Below are positions 24,258-37,361 of a DNA stretch of 64,000 nt, piece by piece. The notes under the pieces were generated by a model. The model did not search any database. It was not told the DNA's origin and worked only from the letters and a program-made list of their open reading frames with translations. The DNA lies in contig NC_086108.1 in assembly GCF_963921235.1 (NCBI RefSeq), positions 116,562,001 through 116,626,000 of the forward strand. Direction: 5' to 3'. Made by a program: the position numbers and the translations under genes. This stretch comes from Mobula hypostoma (taxonomy: Eukaryota). Position 1 is the stretch's first letter, and each line of letters begins with the position of its first letter.

Positions 24258-25932
24258 GACCGAGGGTCTAGTGAGATGGAGGAACTGAGTGAAATACATG
24301 TTAGTAGGGAAGTGGTGTTAGGTAAATTGAAGGGATTAAAGGCAGATAAATCCCCAGGGCCAGATGGTCTGCATCCCAGAGTGCTTAAGGAAGTAGCCCA
24401 AGAAATAGTGGATGCATTAGTGATAATTTTTCAGAACTCTTTAGATTCTGGATTAGTTCCTGAGGATTGGAGGGTGGCTAATGTAACCCCGCTTTTTAAA
24501 AAAGGAGGGAGAGAGAAACCGGGGAATTATAGACTGGTTAGCCTAACATCGTTGGTGGGGAAAATGCTAGAGTCAGTTATCAAAGATGTGATAACAGCAC
24601 ATTTGGAAAGGGGTGAAATCATCGGACAAAGTCAGCATGGATTTGTGAAAGGAAAATCATGTCTGACGAATCTCATAGAATTTTTTGAGGATGTAACTAG
24701 TAGAGTGGATAGGGGAGAACCAGTGGATGTGGTATATTTAGATTTTCAAAAGGCTTTTGACAAGGTCCCACACAGGAGATTAATGTGCAAACTTAAAGCA
24801 CACAGTATTGGGGGTAAGGTATTGATGTGGATAGAGAATTGGTTGGCAGACAGGAAGCAAAGAGTGGGAATAAACGGGACCTTTTCAGAATGGCAGGCAG
24901 TGGCTAGTGGGGTACCACAAGGCTCAGTACTGGGACCCCAGTTGTTTACAATATATATTAATGACTTAGATGAGGGAATTAAATGCAGCATCTCCAAGTT
25001 TGCGGATGACACGAAGCTGGGCGGCAGTGTTAGCTGTGAGGAGGATGCTAAGAGGATGCAGGGTGACTTGGATAGGTTAGGTGATTGGGCAAATTCATGG
25101 CAGATGCAATTTAATGTGGATAAATGTGAGGTTATCCACTTCGGTGGCAAGAACAGGAAACCAGATTATTATCTGAATGGAGGCCGATTAGGAAAAGGGG
25201 AGGTGCAACGAGACCTGGGTGTCATTATACACCAGTCATTGAAAGTGGGCATGCAGGTACAGCAGGCGGTGAAAAAGGCGAATGGTATGCTGGCATTTAT
25301 AGCGAGAGGATTCGAGTACAGGAGCAGGGAGGTACTACTGCAATTGTACAAGGCCTTGGTGAGACCACACCTGGAGTATTGTGTGCAGTTTTGGTCCCCT
25401 AATTTAAGGAAAGACATCCTTGCCATAGAGGGAGTACAAAGAAGGTTCACCAGATTGATTCCTGGGATGGCAGGACTTTCATATGATGAAAGACTGGATC
25501 GACTAGTCTTGTACTCTCCGGAATTTAGAAGATTGAGGGGGGATCTGATTGAAACGTACAAAATTCTAAAGGGATTGGACAGGCTAGATGCAGGAAGATT
25601 GTTCCCAATGTTGGGGAAGTCCAAAATGAGGGGTCACAGTTTGAGGATAAAGGGGAAGCCTTTTAGGACCCAGATAAGGAAAAACTTCTTCACACAGAGA
25701 GTGATGAATCTGTGGAATTCTCTGCCACAGGAAACAGTTGAGGCCAGTTCATTGGCTATATTTAAGAGGGAGTTAGATATGGCTCTTGTGGCTAAAGGGA
25801 TCGGGGGTGTGGAGGGAAGGCTGCTACAGGGTTCTGAGTTGGATGATCAGCCATGATCATACTGAATGGCGGTGCAGGTTCGAAGGGCCAAATGGCCTAC
25901 TGCTGCACCTATTTTCTATGTTTCTATGTTTC
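24258..25932 (+). mobile_element. Young 5'-truncated CR1 with open RT domain
   Basis: ORF 24276-25856 (526 aa) has all RT motifs and is highly similar to ~3986-5860. (TTTCTATG)n tail. Confidence 0.97.
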
Positions 25933-26990
25933 TAAACATGAAGCCCTCCCTCCTGCACCATCTTCTTAGCCACATATTTAGCTGCATTATCTTCCTATTT
26001 CTAGCCTCACTAGCATGGTGAGCATGGTAACCAATTTTCCCCAGGATCAATAAAGTATGACTATGACTATGACTATGTGGCATGGGTAGCGATCCTGAGA
26101 TTGCAACCCTGGAGGTCCTGCCCTTCAACTTTGCACCTAACTCCCTAAACTCTCTTTGCAGGACCTCCTCCTCCTTTCTATCCACGTCATTGGTCCCTAC
26201 ATGGACCACGACATCTGGCTGCTCACCCTCCCTCCTGAGAATACCGAGAACTCGATCTGAGATATCGTGGACCCTGGCACCAGGGAGGCAACAGACCATC
26301 CAGGATTCTCGATCTCTTCCACAGAACCTCTTATTTTTCCCACAGAACGGCCACAGGGGTGCTCTGCTCATTCTGTCTATTCCCCTTCCCTTTCCTGCCA
26401 GTCGCCCAGCTTCCTGCCTCCTGACTTTTAGGGGTGACTGTCTCCCTGAAACTCCTGTTTATTTCTACCTCTGCCTCACGAATGATCCGAGTTCATCCAG
26501 CTCCAGCTCCAGTTCCCTAACTCGGTTTGTCAGGAGCTGCAGCTGGATGCACCTTTTATGGGTGTAGTCATCAGGGACAATTGTGCTGTCCCTGACTTCC
26601 CACGTACTGCATACGGAGCACTCGACTGCCCTAACTGCTGCCTCCATTACCAACTCCTGTTAATTAAATTAAAGGAACTTACCCAGCCTTACCTCACTGG
26701 GACCAGGCTCATCCTCAGCCTTTGCTCGCTGAAGCCTCTCGAGCCAAAGCCTCAAAGCTCCACTCCTACCCTGAGCCACTCACACACTGGCCGCTCCTCT
26801 TCAGTTACCCCTCCTTTTATTCGTCCCTGCCAATTATCTCAAGTACTCACTCCCTCTAATCAACTAATCAACACTCTGTTTAACCCTTCAGTTGCCCTCC
26901 AGGCTCCTTTTAAAGCACACTCACCTCAGCTCCTCAGCTGCTTCCCAGCACTCAGCGCTGTCCTGAGCCCCTCGCTCCTCCTCCTGCTGT
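25933..26990 (-). mobile_element. CR1 5'UTR + ORF1 fragment
   Basis: ECSVCSTWEV...CIQLQLLTNRVRELELEL and CCLPGARV...VVVHVGTND. Confidence 0.9.
26018..26077 (+). mobile_element. ~60-bp LINE 3' tail insertion (probably Rex1/Babar-type)
   Basis: CCAATTTTCCCCAGGATCAATAAAG + (TATGAC)n inside CR1 ORF1; ATG is repeated at both junctions. Confidence 0.6.
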
Positions 26991-26996
26991 GACGGT

Positions 26997-27195
26997 CCCA
27001 TGACTATCATAACATTGCCCTTTTGACATGCCTTTTCTTTTTCCCATTTTAATCTATGGTCCACAAACTGGCAGCTACTGTTTGGGGGACTGTGTGTAAC
27101 TGCCATCAGGGTCCTTTTACCCTTGCAGTTTTCTAACTCATCACACAAGGATTCAACCTCTTCGGATCCTATGTCATATCTTTCTGCTGTTTTGA
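26997..27195 (-). mobile_element. CR1 APE fragment
   Basis: ELENCKGKRTLMAV..PPNS...KACQKGNVMIVMG, homologous to ~10060-10210. Confidence 0.85.
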
Positions 27196-27214
27196 TGCCA
27201 TTCTCTACCTTCAG

Positions 27215-27290
27215 GTGAAAAATCGAGTGTACTTTTTTCCATAGGTGCTGACTGACTTGCCACGTGCCTCCAGCATTTGGTGTATTGCTC
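27215..27290 (+). mobile_element. Degenerate Penelope-type terminal fragment
   Basis: GAAAATCGAGTGTAC...TTCCATAGGTGCTGACTGACTTGC...CCTCCAGCATTT resembles the reverse complement of ~5340-5410. Confidence 0.5.
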
Positions 27291-27764
27291 CTTTGTCAGT
27301 CGTTTAGCTGGGAAGATGTGGATCTGGCCGACTGGGAGTGTTTGAGCCTTTGTCGGATCAGCCCGGATTCCTTCCCTGTGGCATTTTAAACCAGAACCCA
27401 TCATTACAATGGATGGCTTGTTAATTAACCATGTATTTATAAACTTGCTGTAGTTTCACGGGATTTGAACAATTACAGTGCAGAGCTCTGTGCTGGGAAG
27501 CTGTGGTTTACCACTGCTCCACTACATTGAGCTCACAGTGCACAATGAATCAGGCATTCTGAAGTTGTTCTGCTCCCTGCCGTGTGTTTAATGCTCTTGT
27601 CTGCCAGAGGATTAACTCTCTGACATTTCATTGAAAGTCTAAATCAATGATTCCCAACTGAAGCTCAGACTGGCTGCCGGGGCCAAGTGCAGCAACGATC
27701 ATCTCCGGGCCTTGGAGAGAGTGGCAGCCCGCTCGCCACCACAGTGATCACTACCGTGCCGATA

Positions 27765-30700
27765 TGTGAGTGAGAGAGAGGGTGAGTGTGTGAGATATGT
27801 GTGAAAGAGAGAGCACGAGTGTGAGATGTGTGTGTGTATAAAAGAGAGATGGTGAGTGTGTGAGATGTGAGTGTGTGAAAGGGGGTGGATGTGTGAGATT
27901 GTGAGAGGGAGTGAGTGTGTGAGAGAGGGTGGAAGTGTGAGATTGTGAGAGAGAGGGAGTGAGTGTGTGAGATGTGTGTGTGCAAAAGAGGGTGCATGTG
28001 TGAGATTGTGAGAGAGAGAGAGAGAGGGAGTGAGTGTGTGAGATGTGAGTGTGTGAAGGAGGGTGGATGTGTGAGATTGTGAGAGAGAGAGGGAGTGAGT
28101 GTGTGAGAGAGGGTGGATGTGTGAGATTGTGAGAGAGAGGGAGTGAGTGTGTGAGATGTGAGTGTGTGAAAGAGGGTGGATGTGTGAGATTGTGAGAGAG
28201 AGAGGGAGTGAGTGTGTGAGATGTGAGTGTGTGAGAGAGGATGGATGTGTGAGATTGTGAGAGAGAGAGAGGGAGTGAGTGTGTGAGATTGTCAGAGAGA
28301 GAGGGAGTGAGTGTGTGAGAGAGGGTGGATGTGTGAGATTGTGAGAGAGAGAGGGAGTGAGTGTGTGAGATGTGAGTGTGTGAAAGTGGGTGGATGTGTG
28401 AGATTGTGAGAGAGAGGGAGTGAGTGTGTGAAAGAGGGTGGATGTGTGAGATTGTGAGAGAGAGAGGGAGTGAGTGTGTGAGATGTGAGTGTGTGAAAGA
28501 GGGTGGATGTGTGAGATTGTGAGAGAGAGGGAGTGAGTGTGTGAGAGAGGGTGGATGTGTGAGATTGTGTGAGAGAGAGAGGGAGTGAGTGTGTGAGATG
28601 TGAGTGTGTGAGAGAGGGTGGATGTGTGAGATTGTGAGAGAGAGAGGGAGTGAGTGTGTGAGAGAGGGTGGATGTGTGAGATTGTGAGAGAGAGGGAGTG
28701 AGTGTGTGAGATGTGAGTGTGTGAGAGAGGGTGGATGTGTGAGATTGTGAGAGAGAGAGGGAGTGAGTGTGTGAGATGTGAGTGTGTGAAAGAGGGTGGA
28801 TGTGTGAGATTGTGAGAGAGAGAGGGAGTGAGTGTGTGAGATGTGAGTGTGTGAAAGAGGGTGGATGTGTGAGATTGTGAGAGAGAGAGGGAGTGAGTGT
28901 GTGAGATGTGAGTGTGTGAGATGTGAGTGTGTGAAAGAGGGTGGATGTGTGAGATTGTGAGAGAGAGAGGGAGTGAGTGTGTGAGATGTGAGTGTGTGAG
29001 AGAGGGTGGATGTGTGAGATTGTGAGAGAGAGAGGGAGTGAGTGTGTGAGATGTGTGTGTGCAAAAGAGGGTGCATGTGTGAGATTGTGAGAGAGAGAGA
29101 GAGGGAGTGAGTGTGTGAGATGTGAGTGTGTGAAGGAGGGTGGATGTGTGAGATTGTGAGAGAGAGAGGGAGTGAGTGTGTGAGAGAGGGTGGATGTGTG
29201 AGATTGTGAGAGAGAGGGAGTGAGTGTGTGAGATGTGAGTGTGTGAGAGAGGATGGATGTGTGAGATTGTGAGAGAGAGAGGGAGTGAGTGTGTGAGATG
29301 TGAGTGTTTGAGAGAGGATGGATGTGTGAGATTGTGAGAGAGAGAGAGGGAGTGAGTGTGTGAGATTGTCAGAGAGAGAGGGAGTGAGTGTGTGAGAGAG
29401 GGTGGATGTGTGAGATTGTGAGAGAGAGAGGGAGTGAGTGTGTGAGATGTGAGTGTGTGAAAGTGGGTGGATGTGTGAGATTGTGAGAGAGAGGGAGTGA
29501 GTGTGTGAAAGAGGGTGGATGTGTGAGATTGTGAGAGAGAGAGGGAGTGAGTGTGTGAGATGTGAGTGTGTGAAAGAGGGTGGATGTGTGAGATTGTGAG
29601 AGAGAGGGAGTGAGTGTGTGAGAGAGGGTGGATGTGTGAGATTGTGTGAGAGAGAGAGGGAGTGAGTGTGTGAGATGTGAGTGTGTGAGAGAGGGTGGAT
29701 GTGTGAGATTGTGAGAGAGAGAGGGAGTGAGTGTGTGAGAGAGGGTGGATGTGTGAGATGTGTGAGATTGTGAGAGAGAGGGAGTGAGTGTGTGAGATGT
29801 GAGTGTGTGAGAGAGGGTGGATGTGTGAGATTGTGAGAGAGAGAGGGAGTGAGTGTGTGAGATGTGAGTGTGTGAGAGAGGGTGGATGTGTGAGATTGTG
29901 AGAGAGAGAGGGAGTGAGTGTGTGAGATGTGTGTGTGCAAAAGAGGGTGCATGTGTGAGATTGTGAGAGAGAGAGAGAGGGAGGGAGTGAGTGTGTGAGA
30001 TGTGAGTGTGTGAAGGAGGGTGGATGTGTGAGATTGTGAGAGAGAGAGGGAGTGAGTGTGTGAGAGAGGGTGGATGTGTGAGATTGTGAGAGAGAGGGAG
30101 TGAGTGTGTGAGATGTGAGTGTGTGAGAGAGGATGGATGTGTGAGATTGTGAGAGAGAGAGGGAGTGAGTGTGTGAGATGTGAGTGTGTGAGAGAGGATG
30201 GATGTGTGAGATTGTGAGAGAGAGAGAGGGAGTGAGTGTGTGAGATTGTCAGAGAGAGAGGGAGTGAGTGTGTGAGAGAGGGTGGATGTGTGAGATTGTG
30301 AGAGAGAGAGGGAGTGAGTGTGTGAGATGTGAGTGTGTGAAAGTGGGTGGATGTGTGAGATTGTGAGAGAGAGGGAGTGAGTGTGTGAAAGAGGGTGGAT
30401 GTGTGAGATTGTGAGAGAGAGAGGGAGTGAGTGTGTGAGATGTGAGTGTGTGAAAGAGGGTGGATGTGTGAGATTGTGAGAGAGAGAGGGAGTGAGTGTG
30501 TGAGATGTGAGTGTGTGAAAGTGGGTGGATGTGTGAGATTGTGAGAGAGAGGGAGTGAGTGTGTGAAAGAGGGTGGATGTGTGAGATTGTGAGAGAGAGA
30601 GGGAGTGAGTGTGTGAGATGTGAGTGTGTGAAAGAGGGTGGATGTGTGAGATTGTGAGAGAGAGGGAGTGAGTGTGTGAGAGAGGGTGGATGTGTGAGAT

Positions 30701-31545
30701 TGTGTGAGAGAGAGAGGGAGTGAGTGTGTGAGATGTGAGTGTGTGAGAGAGGGTGGATGTGTGAGATTGTGAGAGAGAGAGGGAGTGAGTGTGTGAGATG
30801 TGAGTGTGTGAAAGAGGGTGGATGTGTGAGATTGTGAGAGAGAGAGGGAGTGAGCGTGTGAGATGTGAGTGTGTGAGAGAGGGTGGATGTGTGAGATTGT
30901 GAGAGAGAGGGAGTGAATGTGTGAGATGTGAGTGTGTGAAAGAGGGTGGATGTGTGAGATTGTGAGAGAGAGAGGGAGTGAGTGTGTGAGATGTGAGCGT
31001 GTGAAAGAGGGTGGACGTGTGAGATTGTGAGAGAGAGAGGGAGTGAGTGTGTGAGATGTGAGTGTGTGAGAGAGGGTGGATGTGTGAGATTGTGAGAGAG
31101 AGAGAGGGAGTGAGTGTGTGAGATGTGAGTGTGTGAAAGAGGGTGGATGTGTGAGATTGTGAGAGAGAGAGGGAGTGAGTGTGTGAGATGTGAGTGTGTG
31201 AAAGAGGGTGGATGTGTGAGATTGTGAGAGAGAGAGGGAGTGAGTGTGTGAGAGAGGGTGGATGTGTGAGATTGTGTGAGAGAGAGGGTGAGTGTGTGAG
31301 ATGTGAGTGTGTGAGAGAGGGTGGATGTGTGAGATTGTGAGAGAGAGAGGGAGTGAGTGTGTGAGATGTGAGTGTGTGAAAGAGGGTGGATGTGTGAGAT
31401 TGTGAGAGAGAGAGGGAGTGAGTGTGTGAGATGTGAGTGTGTGAGAGAGGGTGGATGTGTGAGATTGTGAGAGAGAGAGGGAGTGAGTGTGTGAGATGTG
31501 AGTGTGTGAGAGAGGGTGGATGTGTGAGATGTGTGTGTAAGAGAG
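27765..31545. repeat. GT/GA compound minisatellite (~50 and ~65-bp units)
   Basis: Unit GAGGGTGGATGTGTGAGATTGT(GA)nGGGAGTGAGTGTGTGA[GATGTGAGTGTGTGA]. Almost no C on the + strand. Confidence 0.97.
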
Positions 31546-33875
31546 AAGATGAGGATTATACCTCATGATCAACTCTTCTTGGTGCACAAATATATCAGTT
31601 CTGTCCCAATTCTGTTCACAAGACCTGTAATATCTAGCAGTTAAGTCCCATCCTTTTACCTACCGCGGGAGTTCTCCGGGGTCATTTTAGTAGTAGTATA
31701 CATTCCACCTCAGGCCAAAGTCAATCAGGCTTCAGATTATCTGAGTAATGGGATTAACATGTATGAAACAGTGCATCCTAATGCCTTCACCATCGTTTTC
31801 AGATCATTTGTAATACCAGAGGAAACAACACAGTGGACCATTGTTACACCACCATCAAGAATGCCTACCGTGCTATTCCACGCCCTCACTTCGGGAAGTC
31901 GGATCACCTGGCTGTACTTCTGCTCCCTGAGTATAGACAGAGACTGAAGACTGCAGCACCAGTAGTGAGGACCAAGAAGGTATGGACAAGGGAAGCACAG
32001 GAGTGTCTACAGGACTGCTTTGAATTGCTGGACTGGACTGTATTCAGGGATTCATCTTCGAATCTGGATTAATATGCTGCAGTTGTTACTGACTTCATTA
32101 AGATCTGTGCAGATGGGTGTGTGCCTATAAAGACTTGCTGTACATTCCCAAACCAAAATCCGTGGATGAACCAGGAGGTACATCGTCTGCTGAGAACTAG
32201 ATCAGTGGTATTCAGGTCTGGCGACCCAGGTCTTTACCAGAAAACTAGGTATGATTTGCAGAGAGACAATTTCGAACAAGGTTGGAGGCGACAGCGGATG
32301 TACGACAACTCTGGCAGGGTTTGCAGGACATTCCTCCTGACAAAGCGAAACCCAATAGCATGAATGGCACCAATGCTTCACTACCAGATGAACTCAAAGC
32401 TTTCTTTGCCTGCTTTGAAAGACAGAATATAACTACAGCTGTGAAGATCCCTGCTGCACCCAGTGACCCTGTGATCTCTGTCTCATGGGTCAATGTTAGG
32501 CTGTCTTTAAAGAGAGTTAACCCTCGCAAGGCGGTAGGTCCCGATTGAGTACCTTGTAAGGCTCTAAAAACCTGTGCCAACCAACTGGTTGGAGTATTCA
32601 GAGAGATTTTCAACCTCTCGCTGCTACGGGCAGAAGTTCCCACTTACTTCAAAAAGGCAACAATGATACCAGTACCTAAGGAGAATAACCTGAGCTGCCT
32701 TAATGACTATTGCCCAGTAGGACTCACATCGACAGTGATGAAATGCTTTGAGAGGTTGGTCATGACTAGACTGAACTCCTGCCTCAGCAAGGACCTGGAC
32801 CCACTGCAATTTGCCCATCGTCACAATAGGTCAACAGCAGATGCAATCTCAATGGCTCTTCACATGGCCTTAGACCACCTGGACAACACATTCACCTATG
32901 TCAGGATGCTGTTCATCGACTATAGCTCAGCATTTAACACCATCATTCCCACAATCCTGATTGAGAAGTTACAGAACCTGGTCCTCTGTACCTTCCTCTG
33001 CAATTGGATCCTTGACTTTCTAACTGGAAGACCACAGACTGTGCGGATTGGTGATAACATCTCCTCCTCGCTGATGATCAACACTGGCGCACATCAGGGG
33101 TGTGTGCTTAGCCCACTGCTCTACTCTCTATATACACATGACTGTGTGGTTAGGCATAGCTCAAATACCATCAATAAATTTGATTATGATACAACCATTG
33201 TTGGTAGAACCTCAAATGGTGATGAGGGGGCGTACTGGAGCGAGATATGCCAACTAGTGGAGTGGTGTCACAGCAACAACCTGGCACTCAATGTTAATAA
33301 GACAAAATAGCTGATTGTAGACTTCAGGAGGGGTAAGGTGAAAGAACACATACCAATCCTCATAGAGTGATCCTCAGAAGTGGAGAGAGTGAGCAGTTTC
33401 AAGTTCCTGGGTGTCAAGATCTCTGAGGATCTAACCTGGTCCCAACATATTGATGTAGTTATAAAGAAGGCAAGACAGCGATTATATTAAGAGTTTGAAG
33501 AGATTTGGTATGTCAACAGAAACACTCAAAATCTTCTATAGAGGTACCGTGGAGAGCATTCTGACAGGCTGTACCCAGGACATCTTCAAAGAGCTGTGTC
33601 TCAGACAGGCAGTGTCCATTACTAAGGCCTCCCAGCACCCAGGACATGCCCTTTTCTCACTGTTACCATCAGGCAGGAGGTACAGAAGCCTGAAGGCACA
33701 CACTCAGCGATTCAGGAACAGCTTCTTCCCCTCTGTCCTCCAATTCCTAAATGGACATTGAACCCGTGAACACTACCTCACCTTTTCAATATATATTATT
33801 TCTGTTTTTGCATGTTCTTTAATCTATTCAATATACATATACTGTAATTGATTTACATACTTATTATTTTTCTAT
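31546..33875 (+). mobile_element. Rex1/Babar-type LINE, degraded APE+RT
   Basis: [87 protein letters not shown]...RFRNSFFP. Confidence 0.9.
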
Positions 33876-33980
33876 GTGTGAGAGAGGGTGAGTGTGTGAG
33901 AGAGGCGGAGAGTGAGTGTATAGGTGGGGTGTGAAATTAGAGAGGGGGAGAGAGGGGGGGGAGGGGGGGAGGGGCTTTGG
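33876..33980. repeat. GT/GA repeat remnant and G-tracts
   Basis: TGTGTGAGAGAGGGTGAGTGTGTGAG followed by poly-G runs at ~33945-33975. Confidence 0.7.
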
Positions 33981-34385
33981 TGTGGGTGGTGTCACGACCC
34001 GAGTGGGGAAGAGCATTCTGTTTGATCAATGAGATATATTCCCAGACATTCCCAATCTGTGTCAGTGGGTTTCGAGTCCTGGGACTGGGTTGTGACTCTC
34101 CCGGTTCATGGTCAATGTCATTCAGAGGTCGGGTGTGGGATCTCCATGCAACCCCCGTGTTCACAGCAGGAAATATTCACACCGGGAGAGAGAATGGTGT
34201 TCTAAGGGGAGAGGCAGTGAGGAGGGATCATTGCTGAGCTGCAATGGGGAGACCAGAAAATATAGGACTGGAATTAGGCCATTCAGCCCACCGAGTCAGC
34301 TCTGTCTTTAGATCATGGCTGATCCATTTCCTCTTATCTCCATTCTCCTGCCTTCTCCCCGTATCTCTTTATGCCCTGACTAATC

Positions 34386-37148
34386 ATAAGACCATAAGAC
34401 AAAGGAGCAGAAGTAGGCCATTCAGCCCATCGAGTCTGCTCTGCCATTTTATCATGAGCTGATCCATTTTCTCCTATTTAGTCCCACTCCCCTGCCTTCT
34501 CACCATAACCTTTGATGCCCTGGCTAGTCAGATAACTATCAATCTCTGTCTTAAATACACCCAATGACTTGGCCTTCACTCCTGCCCGTGGCAACAAATT
34601 CCATAGATTCACCACCCTCTGACTAAAAAAAAATTTCTTTGCATTTCTGTTCTGAAAGGGCGCCCTTCAATCCTTAAGTCATGCCCTCTCATACTAGACT
34701 CCCCCATCATGGGAAACAACTTTGCCACATCCACTCTGTCCATGCCTTTTAACATTCGAAATGTTTCTATGAGGTCTCCCCTCATTCTTCTAAACTCCAA
34801 GGAATACAGTCCAAGAGCGGACAAACGTTCCTCATATGTTAACCCTCTCATTCCCGGAATCATTCTAGTGAATCTTCTCTGTGCCCTCTCCTACGTCAGC
34901 ACATCCTTTCTTAAATAAGGAGACCAAAACTGCCCACAGTACTCCAAGTGAGGTCTCACCGGTGCCTTATAGAGCCTCAACATCACATCCCTGCTCCTAT
35001 ACTCCCTTCCTCTAGAAATGAATGCCAACATTGCATTCGCCTTCTTCACCACCGACTCAACCTGGAGGTTAACTTTAAGGGTATCCTGTACGAGGACTCC
35101 CAAGTCCCGTTGCATCTCAGAACTTTGAATTCTTTCCCCATTTAAATAATAGTCTGCCCGTTTATTTCTTCTGCCAAAGTGCATAACCATACACTTTCCA
35201 ACATTGTACTTCATTTGCCACTTCTCTGCCCATTCTTCCAATCTATCCAAGTCTCTCTACAGACTCTCCGTTTCCTCAGCACTACCGGTCCCTCCACTTA
35301 TCTTCATATCGTCAGCAAACTTAGCCACAAAGCCATCTATTCCATAATCCGAATCATTGATGTACAATGTAAAAAGAAGCGGCCCCAACACTGATCCCTG
35401 TGGAACACCACTGGTAACCGGCAGCCAACCAGAATAGGATCCCTTTATTCCCACTCTCTGTTTCCTGCCAATCAGTCAACGCTCTATCCACGTATGTAAC
35501 TTTCCCGTAATTCCATGGGCTCTTATCTTGTTAAGTAGCCTCATGTGTGGCACCTTGTCAAAGGCCTTCTGAAAATCCAAATATACAACATCCACTGCAT
35601 CTCCCCTGTCTAGCCTACTGGTAATTTCCTCAAAAAATTGTGATAGGTTTGTCAGGCAGGATTTTCCTTTAAGGAATCCATGCTGAGTTCTGCCTAACTT
35701 GTCATATGCCTCCAGGTACTCTGTAACCTCATCCTTGACAATCGACTCCAACAACTTCCCAACCACGGATGTCAAGCTAACAGGTCTATAATTTCCTTTT
35801 TGCATCCTTGCCCCCTTCTTAAATAGCGGAGTGACATTTGCAATCTTCCAGTCCTCCGGAACCAGGCCAGAATCTATCGACTTTTGTAAGATCATCGCTA
35901 ATGCCTCCGCAATCTCCACAGCTACTTCCTTCAGAACACGCGGGTGCATTCTATCTGGTCTGGGAGATTTATCTAACTTTAGACTATTCAGCTTCCTGAG
36001 TACTTTCTCTGTCGTAATTGTGACTGCACACACTTCTCTTCCCTGCCACCCTTGAGTGTCCGGTATACTGCTTTCTTCCTCGGTGAAAACTGATGCAAAA
36101 TACTTGTTCAGTTCCTCTGCCATCTCCTCATCTCCCATTACAATTTCTCCAGCATCATTTTCTGTCGGTCCTATATCTACTCTCACCTGTCTTTTACTCT
36201 TTATATACTTGAAAAAGCTTTTAGTATCCTCTTCGATATTATTTGCTAGCTTCCTTTCATAGTTAATCTTTTCTCTCTTAATGACCTTCTTGGTTTCCTT
36301 TTGTAAGGTTTTGAAAACTTCCCAATCCTCTCTCTTCCAACTAATTTTTGCTTCCTTGTATGCCCTCTCTTTTGCTTTAACTTTGGCTTTGACTTCTCTT
36401 GTCAGCCACGGTTGCATTCTTTTTCCACTCAAAAATTTCTTCTTTTTTGGAATATACCTGTCTTGCACATTCCTCATTTCTCACATAAACTCCAGCCACT
36501 GCTGCTCTGCTGTCTTTCCCGCCAGTGTCTCTTTCCAGTCAACTTTGGCCAGTTCCTCTCTCATGCCACTGTAGTTTCCTTTACTCCACTGAAATACCGA
36601 CACATCAGATTTCGGCTTCTCTTTTTCTAATTTCACAGTGAACTCAGTCATGTTATGATCACTGCCTCCTAAGGGTTCCTTCACCTCAATCTCTCCAATC
36701 ACCTCCGGTTCATTACACAATACCCAATCCAGTACAGCCGATCCCCCAGTGGGCTCAACAACAAGCTGTTCTAAAAAGCCATCTCGCAGACATTCTATAA
36801 ATTCTCTCTCTTGAGATCCAGTGCCGACCTGATTTTCCCAATCCACTCGCATGTTAAAATTCCCCACAATTATCATAACACTGCCCTTCTGACAAGCCTT
36901 TTCTATTTCCAGTTGTAATTTGTAGTCCACATTACTGCAGCTGTTTGGAGGCCTATAAATAACTGCCATCAGGGTCCTTTTACCCCTGCGATTTCTTAGC
37001 TCAACCCATAAAGATTCTGCACCTTCCGATCCTTTGTCACCTCTTTCTAATGATTTAATATCATTTCTTACCAATAAAGCCACGCCTCCCCCTCTGCCTA
37101 CCTTCCTATCCTTCCGATGCACCGTGTATCCTTGGATGTTCAGCTCCC
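34386..37148 (-). mobile_element. CR1 ORF2, 5'-truncated (same subfamily as 9590-12691)
   Basis: ORFs 36481-37122, 35476-36477, 35257-35454, 34891-35250 and 34609-34863. CATAAGAC tail. Confidence 0.96.
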
Positions 37149-37361
37149 AATTAAGAATCTATCAGCCTCTGCCTTAAATATATCCAAAGATCCGGCCTCC
37201 ACAAATGCCTGTGGTGATGAATTCCACAGATTCACCACTCTTTGGTTAAAGAAATTCCTCCTCATCTTTGTTCTAAAAGGATGCCCCTCTATTCTAAGCC
37301 TGTGTCGTCTGGTCCTAGACAGACCCACTATTGGAAACATCCTCTCCATATCCACTCTTTC

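Noticed and set aside
24107..25932. Twin-priming inversion
   Set aside because: The head-to-head pieces are 3' portions of different CR1 subfamilies, each with its own tail.
27751..31587. 1278-aa His/Ser/Thr/Leu-rich ORF
   Set aside because: Translation of a C/A/T-only minisatellite strand that rarely forms stops.
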